From NCBI GenBank assembly GCA_035310985.1, contig DATGDH010000139.1, positions 95,214-159,213 on the forward strand: a stretch of DNA of 64,000 bases, in the 5' to 3' direction. Of this stretch, positions 54,130 to 64,000 are shown piece by piece. This stretch comes from Burkholderiales bacterium (lineage in GTDB: Bacteria; Pseudomonadota; Gammaproteobacteria; Burkholderiales; SG8-39). Under the pieces are notes generated by a model. The model ran no database searches. It was not told the origin of the DNA and saw only the letters and a list, made by a program, of their open reading frames with translations. The translations under genes and the position numbers were made by a program. Numbering within the stretch: position 1 is the stretch's first letter; each line of letters begins with the position of its first letter.

Positions 54130-57100
54130 TTAGTCCGACTCCTTAGGGGCGAGGGTCACGGTGGGCGCGGCGACGCCGGCGGTAGCGGCGCTACCGCGCC
54201 CGTACAGCCATCCCTGCAGCCGCTCGAAGTAGAGGTAGATCACCGGGGTGATGTACAGCGTGAGAATCTGGGAAAACACCAGGCCGCCGACGACCGCGAG
54301 TCCGAGGGGCCGGCGGGCTTCGCCGCCGATGCCGATCGAAAGCGCGATCGGAAGGCTGCCCATCAACGCGGCCATCGTGGTCATCATGATCGGGCGGAAG
54401 CGGACCACGCAGGCTTCGAAGATCGCCTCCTGCGGAGACTTGCCGCGCTGCCGCTGCGCCTCGATCGCGAAGTCGATCATCATGATCGCGTTCTTCTTGA
54501 CGATGCCCACGAGCATGATGATGCCCACGAAGGCGTACATGTTCAAATCTATGCCGAAGGCCCACAGCGTGACCAGCGCACCGAGCCCCGCGGTCGGCAG
54601 GCCGGAGAGGATCGTGAGCGGATGGATGTAGCTCTCGTAGAGAATGCCGAGCACGAGGTAGATCACCACGATCGACAGCAGCAGCAGCAGGCCCATTCCC
54701 TGTATGGACGCCTCGAAGGCCTGTGCAGTCCCCGAGAAGCTGCCGCTGAGCGTGGGCGGCACTTGCAATTCGAGTGTCAGCGCCCGCACGGTGTCGATCG
54801 CCTGAGAAAGCGAAACCCCCGGCGCGAGATCGAATGAGATGGTGACCGACGGCAGCTGACCGAGATGGCTTACCGAAAGCGGGCCGACGCCGTAGGAGAG
54901 CCTGGTGACGGCGGTGAGCGGCACCAGCGCACCAGACTTTGAACGGATATATAAGAGCGGCAACGCCGACGGGTCGGCTTGAAAGCGGGGTTCGACTTCG
55001 AGGATGACCCAGTACTGGTCTGTGGCCGTATAGATCGTCGACACCTGCTGCGACCCGTACGCGGTGCCGAGCGCTGACTCGATCTGCTGAACCGTGACGC
55101 CGAGCGCGGCTGCCTTTTCCCGGTCGAATTCGATCAACACCTGAGGTTGGCGTATCTGCAGGTCGCTGGTCACGTCGACCAGGCTGGGCAAGGTCTTCAG
55201 CTTCTCCTCGATTATCGGAACCCAGTGGTAGAGCTCCTCAGTGCTCGTGCTGCGGAGCACGAACTGGTAGGGGCTCTTCGTGAGCAGGCCGACGCGGATT
55301 GTCGGAATGTTCTGCAGATAAGCTTTCATCCCGATGAGATTCGCCAGCTTGGGACGCAGCTGCTGAATGACTTCGTCCGCCGACACGCGCTCGGAGCGCG
55401 GCTTGAGCGTGATGAACATGCGTCCGAGATTGAGCGAGGAATTGAGTCCCGCGGCACCTATGAACGACATGACCGCCTCGACGTTCGGATTGACGCGGAT
55501 GATGTCGGAGACTTGCTGCTGCAGCTTCGCCATCGCGTCGAAGGAGATGTCCTGCGGTGCCTCGGTAAAACAGAATATTTGTCCGGTGTCCTCCGCAGGG
55601 AGAAATCCCTTGGGCATATTCACGAAAATGATTACGGTCGCGCCGGTGATTGCGAAGAACACGACCAGAACGAGTAGAGCGTGGTGCAACGACCACGCAA
55701 GCGTCTCGCGGTACGCGTCGCGCAGGGCGTCGAATCCACGCTCGAATGCCCGGTAAAGCCTGCCGTGTTCGCGCTCGTGCTCGGGACGCAAGATCCGGGC
55801 GCACATCATCGGCGTAAGCGTGAGCGATACGAACCCGGAGATCAGCACGGCGGCAATGATGGTCACCGCGAACTCGTGCAGCAGCCTGCCGAGTATGCCG
55901 CCCATGAACAGTACGGGAAGGAACACGGCAGCGAGCGACAGGGTCATCGACAGGATGGTGAAGGCGATTTCCTTCGAGGCGTCGAGCGTCGCCTGCATGC
56001 GGGTCTTGCCCGCCTCCATGTGACGTGTGATGTTCTCGAGCATCACGATCGCGTCGTCCACGACGAACCCCACGCATAGCGTGAGCGCCATCAAGGAAAT
56101 ATTGTCCAGGCTGTAGCCGAGCGCATACATGACCGCAAAAGTGCCGACGATCGACATCGGCAGCGCGACGCTCGGTATGAGCGTCGCCGAGAGATTGCGC
56201 AGGAACAGGAAGATCACCATGACCACCAGCGCAAGCGCCAGCAACAGCGTGAACTGCACCTCCTCGACCGACTGGCGGATCGTCACGGAGCGGTCGAACA
56301 GCACCTCCATGCTGATTCCAGCAGGTACCTCGGCGCGAAAAGTCGGTAGCAGCTTGCGGATCGAGTCGACGACTTCAATCGTATTGGTGCCGGGCTGCCG
56401 GAAGATCGCGAGCACGATTCCGCGCTTGTCCTTGAACCAGGCCGCCACCTTGTCGCTCTGTACGCCGTCGATCACACGCCCGAGTTGACTGAGCCTGATC
56501 GGAGCGCCGTTGCGGTAGGTGACAATGATCGGACGATAGGCCGCCGCATCGTAGAGCTGGCCGCTCGCCTGCACTGCAAAGAGGCGGTCGCGCCCGTACA
56601 GAGTGCCGGTCGGTAGGTTGACGTTCGCATTGGCGATCGCCTGCTGGACTTCGTCTATGCCGACGCCGCGCGAAGCAAGCGCGTTCGGATCGACTTGGAC
56701 GCGCACGGCGTACTTCTGCTGGCCGAACACCTGCACCTGGGCAACCCCGCTGATCGTCGAGATTCGCTGTGCGAGAAAGGTTTCGGCGTACTCGTCTACG
56801 GTCGACAGCGGCAGGGTGTCGGAGGTCAGCGCGAGGTAGAAGACGGCGAAGTCGCCGGGATTGACCTTGCGGAAAGACGGTGGCGTGGTCATGGTCGGAG
56901 GCAGTTGCCGTGCCGCCGTGGCGATCGCCGCGCTCACGTCCTGGGCCGCCGCGTCGATGTCGCGGTCGAGCGCGAACTGGATGGTGATCTGCGTGATGCC
57001 CTGGCCGCTCACCGAATTCATCGAATCGATTCCGGCGATCGTGGAAAACTGCTTCTCGAGCGGCGTCGCGACCGCCGAGGCCATGGTTTCCGGACTCGCC

Positions 57101-57258
57101 CCTGGCAACTCGGCGCTGACCTGGATCGTGGGGAAATCCACGTTCGGCAGCGAGCTCACCGGCAGCAGCCGGTACGCCGCGATCCCAAAAATCAGGATGC
57201 CGACCATGACCAGCACCGTCATCACCGGCCGGCGCACGAAGAGCGCGGACAGGTTCAC
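54130..57258 (-). CDS. RND efflux transporter permease subunit (HAE1, MdtB/MdtC/AcrB-like)
   Basis: 1042 aa from the GTG at 57258 ([17 protein letters not shown]...), forming a GTGA overlap with the MFP stop. 12-TM RND architecture. The upstream 92 codons of the track ORF are not RND-like. Confidence 0.93.
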   Translation of the reverse strand: MNLSALFVRRPVMTVLVMVGILIFGIAAYRLLPVSSLPNVDFPTIQVSAELPGASPETMASAVATPLEKQFSTIAGIDSMNSVSGQGITQITIQFALDRDIDAAAQDVSAAIATAARQLPPTMTTPPSFRKVNPGDFAVFYLALTSDTLPLSTVDEYAETFLAQRISTISGVAQVQVFGQQKYAVRVQVDPNALASRGVGIDEVQQAIANANVNLPTGTLYGRDRLFAVQASGQLYDAAAYRPIIVTYRNGAPIRLSQLGRVIDGVQSDKVAAWFKDKRGIVLAIFRQPGTNTIEVVDSIRKLLPTFRAEVPAGISMEVLFDRSVTIRQSVEEVQFTLLLALALVVMVIFLFLRNLSATLIPSVALPMSIVGTFAVMYALGYSLDNISLMALTLCVGFVVDDAIVMLENITRHMEAGKTRMQATLDASKEIAFTILSMTLSLAAVFLPVLFMGGILGRLLHEFAVTIIAAVLISGFVSLTLTPMMCARILRPEHEREHGRLYRAFERGFDALRDAYRETLAWSLHHALLVLVVFFAITGATVIIFVNMPKGFLPAEDTGQIFCFTEAPQDISFDAMAKLQQQVSDIIRVNPNVEAVMSFIGAAGLNSSLNLGRMFITLKPRSERVSADEVIQQLRPKLANLIGMKAYLQNIPTIRVGLLTKSPYQFVLRSTSTEELYHWVPIIEEKLKTLPSLVDVTSDLQIRQPQVLIEFDREKAAALGVTVQQIESALGTAYGSQQVSTIYTATDQYWVILEVEPRFQADPSALPLLYIRSKSGALVPLTAVTRLSYGVGPLSVSHLGQLPSVTISFDLAPGVSLSQAIDTVRALTLELQVPPTLSGSFSGTAQAFEASIQGMGLLLLLSIVVIYLVLGILYESYIHPLTILSGLPTAGLGALVTLWAFGIDLNMYAFVGIIMLVGIVKKNAIMMIDFAIEAQRQRGKSPQEAIFEACVVRFRPIMMTTMAALMGSLPIALSIGIGGEARRPLGLAVVGGLVFSQILTLYITPVIYLYFERLQGWLYGRGSAATAGVAAPTVTLAPKESD

Positions 57259-58403
57259 GATGCGTCTGGCCGCACGATGACCTTGGAATTCGGCTGCAGC
57301 CGCAGCTGCCCGCGCGTGACAACCTTTTCTCTCGGGGTCACGCCCTTGGCGATGATCGTTTCTTCGCCTTCGGTACGCGCCACGGTCACGCGACGTACTT
57401 CGATGGTCGAGTCGGCCGTGAGCACGTAAACGTACTCTCCCTGCGGGCCTGTCTGGACCGCGGCGGATGGCACGACGACCGCATCCTTCTGATCGTAGAG
57501 CTTGACCTTGACGGCGATGAATTGCCCCGGCCACAGCGCCAGATCGGTATTGTCGAATTGCGCGCGCAGCTTGATCGTTCCGGTGCTCGTATCGACGGCG
57601 TTGTCGATGAATACCAGGCGGCCGCGCGCAATCGGTGCGCTCGCGGCGTCCGAGCTGCTCGCGTCGACTTCGAGCGGGCCTTTGGCCATATGCTGGCGCA
57701 GTTGAGCGAGACCCTGCTCCGGAACGGCGAATGTGACATAGACCGGCTTAACCTGGTTAATCACCACCAGCGGATTCGTGTCGTTCGCTTTCACCAAGTT
57801 TCCCAGCTGCAGCATGATGCGGCCCACGAAGCCGTCGATGGGTGACCGAATCGTGCAGTATTCGAAATTCAGGCGCGCCGTCTCGAGGGCCGCCTGGCTC
57901 GCCTTGAGCTGCGCTTCGGCGGTCTCGGCGTTAGTGCGGAATTGCGCGTACGCCTCCTTGGAGACGAAGTTTTTCTCGAGCAGGTCGAGATAGCGCCGTT
58001 CCTGCGAGCGCGCCTGATCGCGGCTCGCCGTGTCGCGCGCGACGTTCGCCTCGGCCTGGCGCAGTGCCGCGACGAACGGCCTTGCGTCCAGGCGGAAGAG
58101 CACCTCGTCGCGGCGCACCGCCTGCCCCTCGCGAAAACCCACCTCGACGATCTGGCCGTCGACCCGTGCCTTGACTGCCACCGAGGAGTAGGCATCGACG
58201 TTGCCAATAGCCCGCAAGTAAACTGGGACTGTTCGGCCGGTCGCGACGGCCACTGATACAGGCACCGGTGGTGCGCCGGCCGGACGCTTCTTTTCGGTGG
58301 GGCGAATGGCGCCGCCGATGTATACGAGCGCCGCGGCCGCTGCGACGACGAGCAGACCGCCGAGTGCCAGCAGCGGCGCGCGGCGTTGCACTTTGAGATT
58401 CAT
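57255..58403 (-). CDS. RND efflux periplasmic adaptor (membrane fusion protein)
   Basis: 382 aa with an N-terminal anchor, then coiled-coil hairpin, lipoyl and beta-barrel regions typical of the HlyD_D23/MFP family. Confidence 0.9.
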   Translation of the reverse strand: MNLKVQRRAPLLALGGLLVVAAAAALVYIGGAIRPTEKKRPAGAPPVPVSVAVATGRTVPVYLRAIGNVDAYSSVAVKARVDGQIVEVGFREGQAVRRDEVLFRLDARPFVAALRQAEANVARDTASRDQARSQERRYLDLLEKNFVSKEAYAQFRTNAETAEAQLKASQAALETARLNFEYCTIRSPIDGFVGRIMLQLGNLVKANDTNPLVVINQVKPVYVTFAVPEQGLAQLRQHMAKGPLEVDASSSDAASAPIARGRLVFIDNAVDTSTGTIKLRAQFDNTDLALWPGQFIAVKVKLYDQKDAVVVPSAAVQTGPQGEYVYVLTADSTIEVRRVTVARTEGEETIIAKGVTPREKVVTRGQLRLQPNSKVIVRPDAS

Positions 58404-58482
58404 CTAAAGCGCCGGGGACGGGCAGGTCCAAACGTTCATGAGTGCGCCTCCACCCGGTCTTCACATGCGCCGGGCGATGAAT

Positions 58483-59730
58483 CTACGGCAATGTCCGCTC
58501 CAAGGCAAAGAGATTCTCGATCGTTTCGCGGCTACGCACGAGATGCGCCTGACCGCCCTCGACAAGCACCTCGGCGGCGCGCGGGCGGGAGTTGTAGTTT
58601 GAGCTCATGCTCATGCCGTAGGCCCCGGCGGACATCACCGCGAGGAGGTCGCCTTCGCGTGCCGTCAGCCGTCGTTCGCGCGCGAGAAAATCGCCGCTTT
58701 CGCAAACCGGGCCGACCACATCGTAGAGCTCTGCGGAAGTGCCCGCTCGCGATTCACGCACCGGCCGTATCTCGTGCCAAGCGTCGTACAGCGCCGGACG
58801 CAGCAGATCGTTCATCGCCGCGTCCACTACCAGGAAGTTCTTGGCGGGCCCGGGCTTCACGTACTCGACGCGGGTCAGCAGCACGCCGGCGTTACCGACG
58901 ATGGAACGTCCGGGGTCGAAGATCAGCGTCTCGCGCCGGCCGCGAAGGGCAGCAACTGCCCCGGCGACGAAATCCGCGATCGGCTGTGGATTCTCGTCCC
59001 GGTACCTGATGCCGATGCCTCCCCCTACGTCGATGTGACCCAAGCGCACGCCGGCGGCCTCGATGCGAGCGGCAAGCGCCACGAGGCGTTCTACCGCGGC
59101 GACGAACGGCGCCCGGTCGGTTAGCTGCGACCCGACATGGCAGCCGATGCCACGCACCTCGATCGCGCTAAGGCGTGAGGCGCTAGCGTACAAGCGCTCG
59201 GCCTCCTCGTAGGGCACTCCGAATTTGTTGCGCCGCAGACCGGTCGAAATATAGGGATGCGTCTTCGGGTCGACGTCGGGATTTACGCGAAAGGCGACAG
59301 GCGCGCGCCTGCCAAGGCGTCGGGCGACCGCGTCGACCCGCGCGAGCTCGGCCTCGGATTCGAGGTTCAGGCAAAGAACCCCTGCTAGTAGCGCCTGCTC
59401 GATCTCGCGCTCGCTCTTCCCCACACCCGAGAACAGTGTCCTGCCCGCGTCGCCGCCGGCCGCCAATACGCGGGCCAGCTCGCCTCCCGAGACGATGTCG
59501 AAGCCGGCGCCGAGCCGCGCCATGAGCGAGAGCACAGCGAGATTGGAGTTTGCCTTGACCGAGTAGCAAATAAGCGCGTCGCGCGCCGCCAGCGCGCGGG
59601 AGAATTCCGAGTAGGCGACCTCGATCGCGGCGCGCGAGTAGACGTAGCACGGGGTCCCGAAGCGCTCCGCAATGCCTTCGAGCGGCAGCTGTTCGGCGCA
59701 GAGAACGCCGTCGCGGTATGCAAAAGCCAT
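58483..59730 (-). CDS. lysA: Diaminopimelate decarboxylase
   Basis: 415 aa, GTPCYVYS, YSVKANSN (PLP Lys), GGGIGIRY, CESGD. Confidence 0.94.
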   Translation of the reverse strand: MAFAYRDGVLCAEQLPLEGIAERFGTPCYVYSRAAIEVAYSEFSRALAARDALICYSVKANSNLAVLSLMARLGAGFDIVSGGELARVLAAGGDAGRTLFSGVGKSEREIEQALLAGVLCLNLESEAELARVDAVARRLGRRAPVAFRVNPDVDPKTHPYISTGLRRNKFGVPYEEAERLYASASRLSAIEVRGIGCHVGSQLTDRAPFVAAVERLVALAARIEAAGVRLGHIDVGGGIGIRYRDENPQPIADFVAGAVAALRGRRETLIFDPGRSIVGNAGVLLTRVEYVKPGPAKNFLVVDAAMNDLLRPALYDAWHEIRPVRESRAGTSAELYDVVGPVCESGDFLARERRLTAREGDLLAVMSAGAYGMSMSSNYNSRPRAAEVLVEGGQAHLVRSRETIENLFALERTLP

Positions 59731-59734
59731 GGTG

Positions 59735-59920
59735 CTAGTGCTGGTCGGAGCTGGCGCCGTCTGGCGCCGGGCGCTCCGGATATGGAACGGACTGGTACGG
59801 CTCCGGCTTTTTCGGCTTCATGCCTGGCGGCGGATTGTCGCGCAGGTAGAGCGGTCCTTTCTGGCCGCAGCCGGCGACGGCGAGCGCGGCGCTCAGAACG
59901 AGGAAAAGTGCAGTACGCAT
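59735..59920 (-). CDS. lptM: Small lipoprotein of the YifL/LptM family
   Basis: 61 aa with lipobox LAVAGCGQKGPLYL and a Pro-rich tail. It has the conserved position upstream of lysA/dapF and divergent from cyaY. Confidence 0.7.
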   Translation of the reverse strand: MRTALFLVLSAALAVAGCGQKGPLYLRDNPPPGMKPKKPEPYQSVPYPERPAPDGASSDQH

Positions 59921-59970
59921 CGCGCTGCAGCCGCTAAAATTATTATGCTATCACGCGTATTTCACCCGAC

Positions 59971-60291
59971 ATGACCGATTCCGAGTTTGAAGCACTCACC
60001 GCTGCCGCACTTGGGCGGGTCGAGCAGGCGCTGGAGGATAGCGGCGTGGATGCGGATGTGCAGAGCAAGTCCGGCGGAGTACTGGAGATCGAGTTCGACA
60101 ACGGCTCGAAGATGGTCATCAACCGGCAGGCCGCCGCGCGCGAACTGTGGGTCGCGGCGAAGAGCGGCGGATTTCACTTTCGCTGGGACGGCGCCGTGTG
60201 GCGCGATACGCGTGATGGCAGCGAGCTGTTCGCCGTACTATCGAGGCTCGTGTCGGCGCAGAGCGGCAGGGGCGTGGTACTGCGCGGCTGA
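59971..60291 (+). CDS. cyaY: Iron donor protein CyaY (bacterial frataxin)
   Basis: 106 aa, SEFEAL...GVLEIEFDNGSKMVINRQAAARELWVAAKSGGFHF. Confidence 0.88.
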   Translation: MTDSEFEALTAAALGRVEQALEDSGVDADVQSKSGGVLEIEFDNGSKMVINRQAAARELWVAAKSGGFHFRWDGAVWRDTRDGSELFAVLSRLVSAQSGRGVVLRG

Positions 60292-60303
60292 GGCCGAGAC
60301 GTC

Positions 60304-62613
60304 CTAATTGCCAGAGGAAGGTGTCACGTAATCGTCCATCGGCGTGAACGAAGGCTGCGGAGCGCGCGGCACATTCTCCTCGTAGAAATACTCCAGTATC
60401 GGAGCTGAATCATTCGGGATCGTCGGATCTGGCCCGGTTTCCACGCGGACCACGCCTGGCGGCATCACGCGCGGCATCTCCGGGACGCCGTTGAGCACCT
60501 GCTCCATATATCCCATCCAGATCGGTAACGCGACCGCGGCTCCGGTCTGATTACGTCCCAGCGATTTCGGCTGATCGAAGCCAACCCAGGCGATACCCAC
60601 GACGGTCGGCTGATAGCCGCAAAACCACGCGTCTACGAAGTCGTTCGTCGTGCCGGTCTTGCCGGCGATATCGTGCCGGCCAAGGCGCGCGGCGCGCGCC
60701 GCCGTACCGTACGTAACCACGTCCTGCATCATGCTGTCGATAATAAAGGCATTACGGGCGTCGATGACTCGTTGCGTACCTTCTGCGGCACGCTGCGGAT
60801 GCGCAACGGCCACCGGCTCTCCGCGATCGTCGACCACCTTCTGGATGTAGTAGGGCTGCACGAGGTAGCCGCCGTTTGCAAATACCGAGTAGGCGCGTGC
60901 CATCTGCAACGGCGTCACCGATCCGGCACCGAGCGCCATCGTCAAATACGGCGGGTGCTTGTCGGCGTCGAACCCGAAGCGAGTGATGTAGTCCTGGGCG
61001 TATTTCGGGCCGATCGCCTGCAAGATTCGGATCGACACCATGTTCTTCGATTTCGCCAGGGCTGTGCGCAGGCGCATTGGCCCATCGAACGTACCGTCGT
61101 AATTGCTCGGCTCCCAAACCTGGCCCCCGGTTACTTCAGGCTCGATTACGAGCGGTTCGTCGGGCACCACAGTGGCCGGCGTAAAGCCCTTTTCCAGCGC
61201 CGCGGAATAGATGAATGGCTTGAACGATGACCCGGGCTGGCGCCAAGCTTGGATGACGTGGTTGTACTTGTTTCGATCAAAATCGAACCCGCCTACCAAT
61301 GCGCGGATCGCGCCGTCCTGCGGATCGAGGGCGACGAATGCCGATTCGGCATCCGGCAGTTGCACGATCTGCCAGTGCTTCCCGTCTGCAAGTTGCACGC
61401 GCACGATCGCCCCGCGTCGGATGCGCTTTTGCGGCGCAGCCTTCGGGCTAAGCGACGCAGCCGCGAACTTGAGCCCGTCGCCCGAGATCTTGATCGTCTC
61501 GCCGCTGTGCAACACGGCCGATACCGCTTTGGGGTTTTCCTCGATCACCACTGCGGCAAGCAGCTCGTCGTTGTCCGGATAGTCCGCAAGAGCATCCTCG
61601 TAGTCTTCCTCGTGCGCGTCGTCGGGCAGCTTGGCGAAGCCCTCCGGCCCGCGATACCCGTGCCGCCTGTCGTAGTCCATGAGGCCCCTGCGTAGCGATT
61701 CGTAGGCTGCCTCCTGGTCTGATTTGCGGATAGTGGTGTATACGCGGAAGCCTCGCGTGTATGCGTCCTGACCATACTGCTCGTACATCGCCTGACGTAC
61801 CATCTCCGCCAGATAGTCGGCGTGTACCGCATACTCTGAGGCAGTTCGAGGCGCGCGCCGCAATGGCGCTTTGAGTGCTTCTTCTTGCTGCGCCTCGGTG
61901 ATGTAGCCCAGCGCTCTCATGCGACGCAAGACGTAACGCTGGCGCTGTCGTGCGCGCTGTGGGCTGGTGATCGGGTTGTAACTCGAAGGTGCCTTGGGTA
62001 AGCCCGCCAACATCGCGGCCTCACCCAAGGTCAGTTTGTCGAGCGACTTGCCGAAATAAGTCTGTGCCGCCGCTGCGAAGCCATAGGCACGCTGTCCAAG
62101 ATAGATCTGATTGATATACAGCTCGAGAATCTGGTCCTTCGTGAGGCTGTGCTCGATTTTGAAGGCCAGTAGGGCCTCATACAGCTTGCGCGTCAGCGTC
62201 TTCTCGGACGAAAGAAAGAAGTTGCGCGCGACCTGCATGGTGATCGTGCTTGCGCCTTGCCTGCGTCCGCCGGCGAGCAGATTGGAGTAGGCGGCACGTA
62301 GCACGCCGGCATAGTCAATGCCCGTGTGCTGATAAAAGCGCTCGTCCTCCGCGGCGATGATCGCGCTCTTGAGTGTCTGCGGTACCTCGGCAATCGAGAT
62401 TACGGAGCGGCGCTCCTCGCCGAATTCGCCGATCAGTTCCCCGTCCGCCGTATACACGCGCAGCGGGACTTTTGGCTGGTAATCGGTGAGCGAGTCGAGT
62501 GACGGAAGGTTCGGGTAGGCGAGCAACAGCACGAGCGCGGCAATGCCGGCGCCGACCACGAATAATCCCGCGAGTAGAGCCAGCGGGAACAGCAAAAAAC
62601 GACGCCACATCAA
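60304..62613 (-). CDS. mrcA: Penicillin-binding protein 1A (bifunctional glycosyltransferase/transpeptidase)
   Basis: 769 aa with GT51 motifs (EDERFYQHTGID, RKLYEALLAFKIE) and transpeptidase motifs SSFKP and KTGTT. Confidence 0.93.
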   Translation of the reverse strand: MMWRRFLLFPLALLAGLFVVGAGIAALVLLLAYPNLPSLDSLTDYQPKVPLRVYTADGELIGEFGEERRSVISIAEVPQTLKSAIIAAEDERFYQHTGIDYAGVLRAAYSNLLAGGRRQGASTITMQVARNFFLSSEKTLTRKLYEALLAFKIEHSLTKDQILELYINQIYLGQRAYGFAAAAQTYFGKSLDKLTLGEAAMLAGLPKAPSSYNPITSPQRARQRQRYVLRRMRALGYITEAQQEEALKAPLRRAPRTASEYAVHADYLAEMVRQAMYEQYGQDAYTRGFRVYTTIRKSDQEAAYESLRRGLMDYDRRHGYRGPEGFAKLPDDAHEEDYEDALADYPDNDELLAAVVIEENPKAVSAVLHSGETIKISGDGLKFAAASLSPKAAPQKRIRRGAIVRVQLADGKHWQIVQLPDAESAFVALDPQDGAIRALVGGFDFDRNKYNHVIQAWRQPGSSFKPFIYSAALEKGFTPATVVPDEPLVIEPEVTGGQVWEPSNYDGTFDGPMRLRTALAKSKNMVSIRILQAIGPKYAQDYITRFGFDADKHPPYLTMALGAGSVTPLQMARAYSVFANGGYLVQPYYIQKVVDDRGEPVAVAHPQRAAEGTQRVIDARNAFIIDSMMQDVVTYGTAARAARLGRHDIAGKTGTTNDFVDAWFCGYQPTVVGIAWVGFDQPKSLGRNQTGAAVALPIWMGYMEQVLNGVPEMPRVMPPGVVRVETGPDPTIPNDSAPILEYFYEENVPRAPQPSFTPMDDYVTPSSGN

Positions 62614-62782
62614 GGGAGTTAGCCCGAAATCGCGGGCCTAGGCACCGGACGCGAGAGAGAGGGCATTATAGGGGTTCTGGCCCTGTGGAAAATTCACTAG
62701 ACACTAGCTAGGCTTGTTGCTAGCATTTAACGCAATTTCTACGTATTGCGCCTAACACGCCGGAGCGCAAGGGAAAATAACG

Positions 62783-63859
62783 ATGGAACTGGACATTTTC
62801 AAGCCGAAGACGCCGCCGTTGTTCGGGCTGGATATCAGTTCGTCGTCGGTCAAGATGCTGGAAATTGTGGAAGCGGGAAAGGGGGCCTATCGCGTCGAGC
62901 GCTACGCAATAGAGCCATTGCCGCGCGAAGCTGTCGTCGACGGCAACATCAATAACTTGGAGACCGTAGCCGAAGCGGTAAAGCGCGCGCACAAGCGGCT
63001 TGCGACGCGCACCAAGCACGTCGCCATGGCAGTCCCATCCGGTGCCGTGATTACGAAGAAAATCATCGTACAAGCTGGGTTGCGTGAAGAAGAGCTCGAG
63101 GTACAGGTCGAAACCGAGGCCAATCAGTACATTCCGTTCGCTCTGGATGAAGTGAATCTTGACTTCCAGCGGATCGGGCCCGCGCCTTCGAGTCCTGACG
63201 AGGAGGAAGTGCTAATCGCCGCAACCCGCAAAGAGAAGGTTGAGGACCGCGTTGCGGTGGCCGAGTCCGCGGGACTCAAGGCTCTGGTCATGGACGTCGA
63301 GTCCTATGCGCAGCAAAGCGCCCTCTCGCTCGTGGTCCAACAACTGCCGGGCGGAGGCAAGGATCAGAACATCGCGGTTGTGGATATTGGCGCCAACGTG
63401 ATGAACGTTACCGTGCTGCGCAACGAGCAGTCGGTCTACACCAGAGAGCAGGCATTCGGTGGAAACCAGCTCACGCAGGATATCGTTAGTCGCTACGGCA
63501 TGAGTGTGGATGAGGCCGAGAACGCGAAGCGTTCGGGCGGCTTGCCGGACGATTTTGAAGCCGAAGTGTTGCGTCCGTTCATGGACAACCTTTCTATGGA
63601 GGTCCAACGCGCGCTGCAGTTCTTCTTCACTTCTACGCAATACAGCAGCGTCGACCAGATTCTCCTTGCGGGCGGATCCGCTGTTATTCCAGGCCTGGAC
63701 GAAGCGGTGCATACGCGCACGCAGGTTTCGTGCATGGTCGCCAATCCATTCGCGGCGATGCAAACGTCGCCTCGTATCCAGCTGAAACGTCTGATTGTTG
63801 ACGCACCTTCGCTGATCATCACCTGCGGGCTGGCTATGCGGAGGTTCGATCCGTTATGA
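62783..63859 (+). CDS. pilM: Type IV pilus assembly protein PilM (actin-like ATPase fold)
   Basis: 358 aa, LFGLDISSSSVKMLEI...VVDIGANVMNVTVL...ILLAGGSA. Divergent from mrcA, as in many proteobacteria. Confidence 0.92.
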   Translation: MELDIFKPKTPPLFGLDISSSSVKMLEIVEAGKGAYRVERYAIEPLPREAVVDGNINNLETVAEAVKRAHKRLATRTKHVAMAVPSGAVITKKIIVQAGLREEELEVQVETEANQYIPFALDEVNLDFQRIGPAPSSPDEEEVLIAATRKEKVEDRVAVAESAGLKALVMDVESYAQQSALSLVVQQLPGGGKDQNIAVVDIGANVMNVTVLRNEQSVYTREQAFGGNQLTQDIVSRYGMSVDEAENAKRSGGLPDDFEAEVLRPFMDNLSMEVQRALQFFFTSTQYSSVDQILLAGGSAVIPGLDEAVHTRTQVSCMVANPFAAMQTSPRIQLKRLIVDAPSLIITCGLAMRRFDPL

Positions 63860-64000
63860 GCTCGATTCGCATCAACCTGCTCCCGCACCGCGACGAGCGA
63901 CGCAAGCGCGCGCGCACCCATTTCGCGGTGCTCGGCGCGATGACGTTTGTGCTCGGCCTGGTCATTGTCGGAGCCGTGCATATCGTGAACGCGCAGCGCA
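63856..64000 (+). CDS. pilN: Type IV pilus assembly protein PilN, 3'-truncated by the window edge
   Basis: The ATG at 63856 overlaps the pilM stop (ATGA). Translation MSSIRINLLPHRDERRKRARTHFAVLGAMTFVLGLVIVGAVH matches the PilN N-terminus (INLLP motif plus TM). Confidence 0.8.
   Translation, partial: MSSIRINLLPHRDERRKRARTHFAVLGAMTFVLGLVIVGAVHIVNAQR

Overview
High-GC, gene-dense proteobacterial chromosomal segment. Hand counts of ordinary 60-nt blocks give about 65-70% GC. About 60 CDSs are supported, and I found no rRNA, tRNA, CRISPR array, transposase or integrase. The window opens in the origin-proximal block parA(partial)-parB-atpIBEFHAGDC, an arrangement typical of beta/gamma-proteobacteria. 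Next comes an acyl-CoA synthetase, a fused HMG-CoA-synthase-like/DUF35 protein and an SCP-x-type thiolase. A complete 'proteobacterial dedicated sortase system' follows: a sortase, a single VIT-vWA target ending in LPQTG, and a divergent OmpR-type response regulator plus histidine kinase, followed closely by HAD hydrolase and TauE genes. After that lies a CoA-transferase/aminotransferase/GntR/FAD-FeS dehydrogenase cluster, then lgt, ilvD, an acyl-CoA ligase and an Old Yellow Enzyme. A ~0.9 kb low-GC islet with two small 3-TM orphan ORFs comes next. The rest is DUF924, a DUF255 thioredoxin-domain protein, cytochrome c551, the liv ABC transporter, an FNR-like reductase, a YeeZ-like SDR, cutA-dsbD, a VOC protein, hemB, engB, cytochrome c4, a flavoprotein disulfide reductase, a lipoprotein/ECF sigma/anti-sigma/msrPQ block, an MFP-RND-NYN/LOTUS unit, lptM-lysA, cyaY, mrcA and pilM-pilN(partial). 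The items most worth follow-up are: (1) the functionally uncharacterised Gram-negative sortase system and a candidate regulator-binding direct repeat in its divergent promoter; (2) an apparently catalytically dead HMGCS-like domain fused to DUF35 next to a thiolase; (3) the low-GC islet; (4) an orphan plus-strand intrinsic terminator with a multi-hairpin AT-rich region antisense to the engB 3' end (candidate sRNA); (5) an NYN/LOTUS protein almost translationally coupled to an RND pump. All homology statements come from reading the translated ORFs and recognising motifs; no database search was run.
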